From the NCBI RefSeq assembly GCF_000441555.1, contig NC_021885.1:427400-459399 (forward strand): a stretch of DNA of 32,000 nt. Direction: 5' to 3'. The notes below the pieces were generated by a model that was given only the letters and a program-made list of their open reading frames with translations, was not told the origin of the DNA and ran no database searches. Below, in pieces: positions 1 through 7,868 of this stretch (position 1 is the stretch's first letter; each line of letters opens with the position of its first letter). A program made the position numbers and the translations under genes. Source of the stretch: Candidatus Profftella armatura (GTDB lineage Bacteria > Pseudomonadota > Gammaproteobacteria > Burkholderiales > Burkholderiaceae).

Positions 1-791
1 GCGGTATCAAAATCACCTGTAATTAAGGCTCCAGCATGACCCATGCGTTTTCCTGGGGGAGCGGTAATTCCAGCTATAAATCCAATAACTGGTTTTTTCA
101 TATTTTTTTTAATCCAATTTGCTGCATATATTTCATCTAATCCACCAATTTCTCCAATCATAATAACTGCATCAGTATTTTGATCTTCATTAAATAATTT
201 TAATATATCAATATATTTTAATCCATTAATTGGATCCCCGCCAATTCCAACTGCTGAAGATTGACCAAAACCTAATTCAGTTAATTGACAAACCACTTCA
301 TAAGTTAATGTTCCTGAACGAGAAACAACACCAATTCTACCTTTTTTATGAATATTTCCGGGCATAATTCCAATTTTTATCTCCTCAGGTACAATTAAAC
401 CTGGGCAATTTGGACCCAATAATAGTGTTTTACTATTATTTTTTTTCATTTTATTTTTTAAAATTAACATATCACGAACAGGAATACCTTCTGTAATACA
501 AATCACTAATTCTAACTCAGATTCTATAGCCTCCCAAATTGCAGAAGTAGCAAAAATTGCTGGAACATAAATAACAGAAACCGTTGCCCCTGTTTCATTT
601 TTAGCATTTTTTACTGTATCAAAAATTGGAATTTCTTCAAATTTTTGGCCATTTTTTTTTGGGTTAACCCCCGCTACAAATGCTTTTTTACCATTTCCGT
701 AATTAAGACACAAATTAGTATGAAATCGACCAGTTTTTCCTGTAATTCCTTGAGTAATAACTTTTGTATTTTTTGTAATTAAGATTGACAT
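1..791 (-). CDS. sucD: Succinyl-CoA synthetase alpha subunit (3' end runs off the left edge of the window)
   Basis: My translation of the minus strand from the ATG at 791-789 gives [24 protein letters not shown]. The left edge encodes [15 protein letters not shown], which contains the phosphohistidine loop. It lies 9 nt downstream of the sucC stop, the classic sucCD arrangement. Confidence 0.93.
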   Translation of the reverse strand, partial: MSILITKNTKVITQGITGKTGRFHTNLCLNYGNGKKAFVAGVNPKKNGQKFEEIPIFDTVKNAKNETGATVSVIYVPAIFATSAIWEAIESELELVICITEGIPVRDMLILKNKMKKNNSKTLLLGPNCPGLIVPEEIKIGIMPGNIHKKGRIGVVSRSGTLTYEVVCQLTELGFGQSSAVGIGGDPINGLKYIDILKLFNEDQNTDAVIMIGEIGGLDEIYAANWIKKNMKKPVIGFIAGITAPPGKRMGHAGALITGDFDT

Positions 792-800
792 AAATATTTT

Positions 801-1991
801 TTATTTAAAATTATTATTTTTAGATATAAAAATAGCTTTTTTTGCTGCTTCTTCTAAATTATTTACATTAATTATTGGTAAATTTGATTTAGTTAATATT
901 TTTTTTCCAATATCTTCATTCGTGCCCTTCATTCGAACAATTAAAGGAATATCTAATAAAAGAGATTTAAATGCTGATATAATTCCATAAGCAACTATAT
1001 CACAACGAACAATTCCACCAAAAATATTTACTAAAATAGTTTTTAAATTATTTTGTTGCATCATTATTTTAAATGCTTCTGTTATTGTTTTTATTGTTGC
1101 ACCACCCCCAATATCAAGAAAATTAGCCGGTTCTCCTCCAAATAGTTTAATAGTATCCATTGTGGCCATAGCTAAACCAGCTCCATTAACTAAACAACCA
1201 ATATTACCATTTAAAGGTATATATGTTAAATCAAATTTTGACGCTTCAATCTCCATTAAATCTATTTTATTTATATATTTTTTATGAGCATATTGATAAG
1301 AAATTATTTCTGGATGACGAAATAATGCGTTTGTATCAAAGTTAAATTTAATATCTAAAGAAATTATTTTATTTTTAGAATTTATTACTAATGGATTAAT
1401 TTCCAATAATAAAGAATCAGTTTCCCAATAAGATTTATAAATATTTTGTATTTCTTCATAAAAATTTATTAAAGAATTTTTAGGAATAGAAATTTTTTTA
1501 CTTATATTATCAATATTATTTTTTGTTAAACCAATCAATGGATCAATTATAGTTTTATATAATAATTCTGGAGAATTTTTAGAAATTATTTCAATATCCA
1601 TTCCTCCTTTATTTGACCCCATAAATATTATATTTTGTTGAACCCTATCTGTCATAAAACTAATATATAATTCTTTTTTAATATCTATATATTCTTCAAT
1701 TAATACACAAAAAACATTTTCACCTTTTTGATTGGTTTGAGACGTAATTAATTGCATTCCAAGAATTTTTTTTGTATATTTTTCAACTTGTTCTAATGAT
1801 TGCGCTAATTTAATTCCCCCGCATTTTCCTCGACCTCCTGCATGAATTTGTGCTTTTATGACCCAAGAATTTCCGCCTATTTTTTTTGCAGCCTTAATTG
1901 CTTCATCTACATTCATGCATAGAATACCTTTTGGAATAGTAACATTAAATTTACGAAGAATTTCTTTACCTTGATATTCATAAATATTCAT
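801..1991 (-). CDS. sucC: Succinyl-CoA synthetase beta subunit (ATP-grasp)
   Basis: The 396-aa ORF starts MNIYEYQGKEILRKF and contains AQIHAGGRGKCGGIK, typical of SucC. An AAGGA Shine-Dalgarno lies just upstream of the ATG. Confidence 0.95.
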   Translation of the reverse strand: MNIYEYQGKEILRKFNVTIPKGILCMNVDEAIKAAKKIGGNSWVIKAQIHAGGRGKCGGIKLAQSLEQVEKYTKKILGMQLITSQTNQKGENVFCVLIEEYIDIKKELYISFMTDRVQQNIIFMGSNKGGMDIEIISKNSPELLYKTIIDPLIGLTKNNIDNISKKISIPKNSLINFYEEIQNIYKSYWETDSLLLEINPLVINSKNKIISLDIKFNFDTNALFRHPEIISYQYAHKKYINKIDLMEIEASKFDLTYIPLNGNIGCLVNGAGLAMATMDTIKLFGGEPANFLDIGGGATIKTITEAFKIMMQQNNLKTILVNIFGGIVRCDIVAYGIISAFKSLLLDIPLIVRMKGTNEDIGKKILTKSNLPIINVNNLEEAAKKAIFISKNNNFK

Positions 1992-2353
1992 ATGAATCCT
2001 TTTATTTTAATAAAATTAAATTTACGAAAAAATATACAAATAACGATCCCTTCTTTTATATATATCACATATATTGAAAACAATAATAGAATTTTTCATT
2101 TTTTGATATTTATCACACCACGCATGCTCCTTCTAAAAAATATTACAAAAATCTATATTTCTAATTTTATTACTAAATACTCAAAATCTTTTTGATTAAC
2201 AAATTCAACATGATCCACTCTTTGTTTTTCATAAATTTTTGTAATATAAAATACAAACCATTTTCTAATACCAAGAATTTCTGAATTTTTTTCTGATTGT
2301 ACTATCAATTATTTTAATATTAAGATTCATTTTTTAAAAATATCAAATAGTAC

Positions 2354-2397
2354 TAATTATAACCAGTACTAAATATAATTATAACCAGTACTAAATA
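2354..2397. repeat. Perfect 22-bp tandem duplication (TAATTATAACCAGTACTAAATA x2) carrying AGTACT palindromes
   Basis: Read directly: 2354-2375 is identical to 2376-2397. A third AGTACTAA copy sits at 2349-2356. Confidence 0.9.
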
Positions 2398-3018
2398 TTA
2401 ATATCTCTCTAAATTTTAAATATAGTTGATTCATAATGTATCATAGGATAGAAAATTTATATAAAATAATACACTTAAGTTTCCATTTTTTTATTGATTA
2501 CAAACATACTCTACTCCTATCTTAAACCATAGATTTTCATATTTTAAATCGTTCTTTACTTAAATTTTTGACATAAATAAAATTAATTTATATACTCGTA
2601 TCATAATATATTTTGATTTTATTCTTTCTTTTTTCTAATTTTAAATCATAGATAATTAAAGTCTATAAATTATCTGTATTATTTATTTCTATTTTTACAA
2701 AAAATATATTATTACAATCTTAAATATTTTTCTTCCAATATCTTTTAATTGAATTAATGAAGTATTTCCAATGGTAAATAAGAAATATTTAAATTTTTTA
2801 TTTATTATTTTATTATTACTTGAAAAGTAATATTAAATTTTTTATTTAAAATAAGAATATTATATTTTTTGAAATATTTTTAAAATTTTTATTAATAAAG
2901 AAAAAATTTTTTAATAAAAATTAAATATGTTTTTAAAAAAACAATATAAAATTTTTAATTTTTCAGGTACTTTATAAATATTTAATAATAGTATTTAATT
3001 CAATATTATTTATAAACA

Positions 3019-3091
3019 TGGCCTAGGGCGGAATTGAACCGCCGACACAAGGATTTTCAGTCCTTTGCTCTACCAACTGAGCTACCAGGCC
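3019..3091 (-). tRNA. tRNA-Phe (anticodon GAA)
   Basis: The reverse complement folds as a 73-nt cloverleaf. Acceptor is GGCCTGG/CTAGGCC, anticodon stem AAGGA/TCCTT, loop CTGAAAA, T arm GGCGG-TTCAATT-CCGCC. CCA is not encoded. Confidence 0.93.
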
Positions 3092-3513
3092 AAAAAACAA
3101 TTTTTATATAATATAGTATAACTAATTTTTTTTAAAGTATAAATAGTTTATTAAATATTTTTTCAATAAATAAAAAAATGATTTTTATTATTAAATAAAA
3201 TTAAATTAGAATTTAATTCTAAACTGCCATTTTTTTTATTTATAGTTATTAAATAACCATAATATAAATTTAGATTACACTTATCTTGAACCTGTTTCAA
3301 AACATATTCCAATGTTTAATTTGTTTGTTTTTAATTAGTTACTTTAGTTTAAATAACTTTTACAGATGATTATAAAAAATCCATTGAATATTTATTTATT
3401 TTACAGTATGATTAAAAATTACTATATTGAAAATATTTCAAATTTAAATTATTTAAAAAATATAAATAAATTAATTATATTTACTAATTTACTTAAAATT
3501 TAAATTTTTAAAG

Positions 3514-3586
3514 GGGGTGTTAGCTCAGTTGGTAGAGCAGCGGACTCTTAATCCGTAGGTCGAGTGTTCGAATCACTCACGCCTCA
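3514..3586 (+). tRNA. tRNA-Lys (anticodon CUU)
   Basis: 73-nt cloverleaf. Acceptor is GGGGTGT/ACGCCTC (two G-U pairs), anticodon stem GCGGA/TCCGT, loop CTCTTAA, T arm GAGTG-TTCGAAT-CACTC. CCA is not encoded. Confidence 0.88.
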
Positions 3587-3618
3587 AATATTTTACAAAA
3601 AATAAAAATTACAAAATA

Positions 3619-4500
3619 CTATTCTTTTAATAAATTTTTCATTTTTTTAAAAGCAACTGTTTCAATTTGACGAATACGTTCAGCAGATACACTAAATTCT
3701 TTAGCCAACTCATGTAATGTAGCGACTGAATTATTTTCAACTAACCAACGTGCTTCTACAATTCTACGTGAGCGTATATCCAACTTATTTAATGCACTTT
3801 TTAATTTTTTTAATTGAAATCTATTATATTGTAATGATTCTATTATTTTTATAGGTTCAGTAATTTCTGTAGATAAATAAAAAATTAAAGGCAGTTTATC
3901 ATAATTATTATATAAATAATCCATTTCTATATCTTTTCCAGATAATCTTGTTTCCATTTCAATTATATCTTTTCGTTTGACGTCTAATGTTTTAGCTAAT
4001 AAATCTATTTTTTTTAAATTCATTGAATTTAAATTTTCTTTATAATTACGTAGATTAAAAAATAATTTACGTTGTGATTTAGTTGTTGCTATTTTAACTA
4101 AACGAGAATTTTTTAAAATATATTCATGTATTTCGGCTCTAATCCAATGTATAGCATAAGACGCCAATCGAACACCTTGATCAGGGTTAAAACGCTTAAC
4201 CGCTTTCATTAAACCAATATTTCCCTCTTGAATTAAATCAGAATGTAAAAAACTATAACCTAAATATCTTTTTGAAATTGAAACCACTAATCTTAAGTGA
4301 GATAATATCATTTTTTGTGCAGCATTTAAATTATTTGTTTTTTGTAAATCATAAGCTAAAGATATTTCTTCGTTATAAGATAAAATTGGTAGATTATTTA
4401 CTGTTTTAATATATTTATCAATATTACCTAAAGTACCAAAAAATTTACAAGCTAAATAACTATTATTAATAATAAGAGAATTATTAGTTATATATTTCAT
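3619..4500 (-). CDS. rpoH: RNA polymerase heat-shock sigma factor sigma-32
   Basis: The 293-aa ORF has the RpoH box QRKLFFNLR, the region 2 motif [17 protein letters not shown] and the region 4 motif [14 protein letters not shown] lies upstream of the ATG. Confidence 0.95.
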   Translation of the reverse strand: MKYITNNSLIINNSYLACKFFGTLGNIDKYIKTVNNLPILSYNEEISLAYDLQKTNNLNAAQKMILSHLRLVVSISKRYLGYSFLHSDLIQEGNIGLMKAVKRFNPDQGVRLASYAIHWIRAEIHEYILKNSRLVKIATTKSQRKLFFNLRNYKENLNSMNLKKIDLLAKTLDVKRKDIIEMETRLSGKDIEMDYLYNNYDKLPLIFYLSTEITEPIKIIESLQYNRFQLKKLKSALNKLDIRSRRIVEARWLVENNSVATLHELAKEFSVSAERIRQIETVAFKKMKNLLKE

Positions 4501-4619
4501 TAAAATTCCTTATTTTATAAAAAAATATTAATTTTTAGCTTTTTAAAAAAGAATTTAATTATAAGATTATAATTAAATAAGTAGTTTATTTTTTATAAAT
4601 AAAAAATTTATATTTTAAT

Positions 4620-5204
4620 TTAATATTTAGGGTTTAAATTTTTAGATTCACTCCATAATCTATCAAATTCTAGTAGAAATTTTTCAGAAACATTTGGTTT
4701 ATTTCGAAAATAAATTACATTTTCCGCATTACGATTCATTGCATTTTGTGTATAATTTAAAGATCCAGTTTCAACAGATTTATGGTCAATAATTATAAAT
4801 TTATTATGCATGATTGCATAATTATTATTTAATCTTATTGGTATATTATTATTCGCCAAATAAGTTACAGCAGTATATTTGCCACTATTAGCTTTTTTAT
4901 CAGCAATTATTCGTATATTAATTCCCTTTTTATAAGACTTAACAAGAATTTTTGCGATATCTTTATTTGTAAAAGAATATGCCGCAATTTCAATTGATTT
5001 TTTTGCTTCTTGAATTGCATTTAAAACGATTTTTTTTGCATTTCCTGGTGAAAAACCAACTTCTATATTATTATTATGATTAAAAAAATTAGAATTACTA
5101 AAAATAGGTAATGTTAAAAAAAAAATTAAAAGAATAATTGTTATTTTTTTAATTATTTTATTTGAAGATGTTAAATTTTTAATTTTTTTTTTTAAAATAG
5201 ACAT
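4620..5204 (-). CDS. Nuc-like single-HKD phospholipase D superfamily endonuclease with an N-terminal signal/anchor
   Basis: The 194-aa ORF has a hydrophobic N-terminus (IILLIFFLTLPIF). EVGFSP, AYSFT and HNKFIIIDHKSVETGSLNYT (HxK-x4-D-x6-GSxN) match the plasmid Nuc endonuclease as I recall it. Confidence 0.85.
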   Translation of the reverse strand: MSILKKKIKNLTSSNKIIKKITIILLIFFLTLPIFSNSNFFNHNNNIEVGFSPGNAKKIVLNAIQEAKKSIEIAAYSFTNKDIAKILVKSYKKGINIRIIADKKANSGKYTAVTYLANNNIPIRLNNNYAIMHNKFIIIDHKSVETGSLNYTQNAMNRNAENVIYFRNKPNVSEKFLLEFDRLWSESKNLNPKY

Positions 5205-5270
5205 TTTTAAAATTTATAAATTAATTTATTAAAAGAATAATTTTTGAATTTTTTAAAAAATTTATAAAAA

Positions 5271-5531
5271 CTATTTTGTAGTTCTTGATCCTATAGCCCC
5301 ATATTTTCTTCTAAATTTTTCTACACGCCCAGTTGAATCAACTATTTTATGTTTTCCCGTATAAAATGGATGTGATTCTGATGATATTTCAATTTTTACA
5401 AGAGGATATATTTTTCCTTGAAATTCAATAGTATTAGATGTTTTAATAGTTGATCGAATAATAAATTTAGCATCATTTGAAATATCATGAAAAAGTGTTT
5501 CTATGTATTTTGGATGAATATTTTTTTTCAT
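5271..5531 (-). CDS. rpmE: 50S ribosomal protein L31, type B (no Cys zinc ribbon)
   Basis: The 86-aa ORF contains MKKNIHPKY and [11 protein letters not shown]. The CxxC motifs of type A L31 are absent, and it resembles the YkgM-type paralogue. Confidence 0.9.
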   Translation of the reverse strand: MKKNIHPKYIETLFHDISNDAKFIIRSTIKTSNTIEFQGKIYPLVKIEISSESHPFYTGKHKIVDSTGRVEKFRRKYGAIGSRTTK

Positions 5532-5540
5532 ATTTTTATA

Positions 5541-5733
5541 AAGTATAATTTTGTAAAGTTTTAAATTAAGGATATAATTTGTAAAGTTTTAAAGGATATA
5601 ATTTTGTAAAGTTTTAAATTAAGGATATAATTTGTAAAGTTTTAAAGGATATAATTTTGTAAAGTTTTAAATTAAGGATATAATTTTGTAAAGTTTTAAA
5701 TTAAGGATATAATTTTGTAGAATTTTAAATTAA
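5541..5733. repeat. Tandem repeat array of 7 units (29, 24, 29, 24, 29, 29, 29 bp; consensus GGATATAATTTTGTAAAGTTTTAAATTAA)
   Basis: Read directly. Units start at 5541 (degenerate), 5570, 5594, 5623, 5647, 5676 and 5705 (2 mismatches). The 24-bp variant lacks one T and the ATTA segment. The array fills the rho-rpmE intergenic space. Confidence 0.92.
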
Positions 5734-5763
5734 AACAATTATTTAATAATATTTATGATTTAT

Positions 5764-6921
5764 TTAGCCTTGTTTCATCATATTAAAAAATTCAAAGTTA
5801 TTTTTTGTTGATTTCATTTTATCCAAAAAAAATTCCATTGCCTCAATTTCATCCATACTATATAACAATTTTCGTAATACCCAAATTTTTTGTAATTTAT
5901 CATCCTGAATTAATAATTCTTCACGACGAGTACCGGATTTATTTAAATTTATAGCAGGATAGACTCTTTTTTCTGCTAAACGACGTTCTAAATGAACTTC
6001 CATATTACCTGTTCCTTTAAATTCCTCATATATAACATCATCCATTCGACTACCAGTTTCAATTAATGCGGTTGCAATAATAGTTAATGAACCGCCTTCT
6101 TCAATATTTCGTGCTGCCCCAAAAAAACGTTTTGGTCTTTGTAATGCATTAGAATCTACTCCTCCTGTAAGTACTTTTCCAGATGCTGGAATAACTGTAT
6201 TATAAGCTCGCGCTAATCTAGTAATTGAATCTAATAAAATTATTACATCTTTTTTCATCTCAACTAAACGTTTCGCTTTTTCTAAAACCATTTCAGCTAC
6301 TTGCACATGACGATAAGCAGGCTCATCAAAAGTTGATGCAATAACTTCTCCTCTTACAGAACGTTGCATTTCTGTTACTTCCTCGGGTCTTTCGTCAATT
6401 AACATTACAATCATTATAGCTTCTGAATGATTAGTAGTAATTGCATGAGCAATATGTTGCAATATTATAGATTTTCCGGATTTTGGTGACGCAACTAGTA
6501 AACCACGTTGACCTTTTCCAATAGGCGCTATTAAATCAATAATTCTTCCAGTAATATTTTCTTTACTTTCTATATTTCGCTCTAATAATAATAATTTTTT
6601 CGGATGTAATGGAGTTAAATTATCAAATAAAGTTCTATTTTTTGATAATTCAGGTTTTTCACCATTAACTTTCTTAATTTTTAATAAAGCAAAATAACGC
6701 TCTCCATTCTTTGGAACTCTTATTTCACCTTCCACAAAATCCCCGGTATGTAAATTGAATCGACGTATTTGAGATGGTGATAAATATATATCATCTGAAG
6801 ATGCCATATAATTACTACCTTGTGAACGTAAAAATCCAAAACCATCTGGCAAAACTTCCAATGAACCATCACCAAATATTCTTTCTCCAATTTTTGTTTT
6901 TTTTTTAAAAATTGCAAACAT
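5764..6921 (-). CDS. rho: Transcription termination factor Rho, N-terminally shortened by about 34 residues relative to E. coli Rho
   Basis: The 385-aa ORF aligns end to end with residues 35-419 of E. coli Rho. It has [19 protein letters not shown], a Walker [20 protein letters not shown] and the C-terminal FFNMMK. AGGA lies 4 nt upstream of the ATG. Confidence 0.93.
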   Translation of the reverse strand: MFAIFKKKTKIGERIFGDGSLEVLPDGFGFLRSQGSNYMASSDDIYLSPSQIRRFNLHTGDFVEGEIRVPKNGERYFALLKIKKVNGEKPELSKNRTLFDNLTPLHPKKLLLLERNIESKENITGRIIDLIAPIGKGQRGLLVASPKSGKSIILQHIAHAITTNHSEAIMIVMLIDERPEEVTEMQRSVRGEVIASTFDEPAYRHVQVAEMVLEKAKRLVEMKKDVIILLDSITRLARAYNTVIPASGKVLTGGVDSNALQRPKRFFGAARNIEEGGSLTIIATALIETGSRMDDVIYEEFKGTGNMEVHLERRLAEKRVYPAINLNKSGTRREELLIQDDKLQKIWVLRKLLYSMDEIEAMEFFLDKMKSTKNNFEFFNMMKQG

Positions 6922-6999
6922 TAATTCCTGCTTACGTAAACGTTTAACACTATTAACTTCTAAATCAATTGCTATTTTTAAACCATAAAATGTAATATT
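6922..6999 (-). other. In-frame relic of the ancestral Rho N-terminus, closed upstream by TAA stops and lacking a canonical start codon
   Basis: My translation of the 26 codons upstream of the rho ATG gives [26 protein letters not shown]. This aligns with Rho residues of roughly 9-34 ([11 protein letters not shown] across the junction). In-frame TAA stops sit at 7002-7000 and 7008-7006. Confidence 0.75.
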
Positions 7000-7248
7000 T
7001 TAAATTTAGATATTTTTTAATTTTTTACTTTTAATAATATAAAATAACTTTTAAATAAAAAATAATGGGTATAATAAAATATGTATTAAATTAAATAATA
7101 TAATTGAGTAATATTTTATGATGTATTGCATTATAAATATAGATTAAATGAAATGATATATTATCAGTAATGTGTTATAAATATGTTATAAGTGATATAC
7201 TAATATATTAAAATGAATAAATTTTAAATTTTATATCAATAAAAGAAT

Positions 7249-7575
7249 TTAGATATTATTATCAATAAAAGAAATTAATTCATTCTTTGTTAAAGATCCT
7301 ACTTTTTGTGCAATATTTTTTCCATTTTTAAATAAAATTAATGTTGGAATTCCTCTAATATTAAATTTTTCTGGGACAATTTTATTTAAATCAACATTTA
7401 TTTTAACAATTTTTATTTTATTTATGTATTTTTTGCTAATCTCATCAAGAATTATTGAAACTGTTTTGCAAGGGACACACCATCCCGCCCAGAAATCCAC
7501 TAATACAGGTAATTTTGATTTTAATACATCCTTATCGAAAGATGTATCATTAATATCTTTGATATATTTAGTCAT
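7249..7575 (-). CDS. trxA: Thioredoxin with a variant active site, WCVPC
   Basis: The 108-aa ORF contains VLVDFWAGWCVPCK and IRGIPTLILFKNGK. It sits immediately upstream of rho, as in many proteobacteria. Confidence 0.93.
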   Translation of the reverse strand: MTKYIKDINDTSFDKDVLKSKLPVLVDFWAGWCVPCKTVSIILDEISKKYINKIKIVKINVDLNKIVPEKFNIRGIPTLILFKNGKNIAQKVGSLTKNELISFIDNNI

Positions 7576-7868
7576 TATTCTTTCTAATATTGTATTTATT
7601 TTTGATTTATTTAATATATAATTTTTAAAATTTAAATTATATTATTCATTAATTTAAATATTATTTTATAATTTAGAAATTATATTTAAGAATTTCATAT
7701 ATACAATACACAATACCATTACATATTTTTTATGTATACATGGTCATTTCGTACATATGCATTACTAATGTAATGTACAACTATTATAAAATATAAATTT
7801 AAATTTTTTAAAATATTATTTTCATTTACATTTTTTCTAAAAACTTAAATTTTATCATATTTATATTT

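Noticed and set aside
1971-2195. 74-aa plus-strand ORF overlapping the sucC start region
   Set aside because: The sequence is low-complexity and rich in Ile, Phe and Asn, with no Shine-Dalgarno and no family resemblance. It overlaps the sucC 5' end and the more plausible minus-strand small ORF, so it is most likely a chance frame.
2211-2219. TGATCCACT resembling a DnaA box (TTATCCACA), raising the idea that the long spacer is oriC
   Set aside because: It is a single 7-of-9 match with no cluster of boxes and no flanking dnaA, dnaN or gidA context.
2427-2455. TTGATTCATAATGTATCATAGGATAGAAA resembling the left arm and centre of a XerCD dif site
   Set aside because: The CATAATGTAT core matches, but the right arm matches only about 5 of 11 positions, and such AT-rich partial matches are expected by chance.
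3514-3586. The D-arm and anticodon-arm of tRNA-Lys(CUU) are almost identical to tRNA-Ile(CAU), with loops CTCTTAA and CTCATAA, suggesting anticodon-shift duplication
   Set aside because: The acceptor and T arms differ throughout, and the shared segment is a common bacterial consensus (TAGCTCAG..GGT.AGAGCAGCGGACT). This is insufficient evidence for recent common origin.
5541-5733. The tandem array as CRISPR repeats or as Zur boxes controlling type B L31
   Set aside because: The units are directly adjacent with no unique spacers, so this is not CRISPR. The unit is not palindromic and does not resemble the TGTTAT...ATAACA-type Zur operators I recall.
6720-6917. 65-aa minus-strand ORF nested inside rho in another frame
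   Set aside because: It overlaps a strongly conserved rho reading frame entirely, and its sequence has no recognisable features.
7424-7621. 65-aa plus-strand ORF antisense to trxA
   Set aside because: It is antisense to a conserved gene, with a composition-driven sequence.
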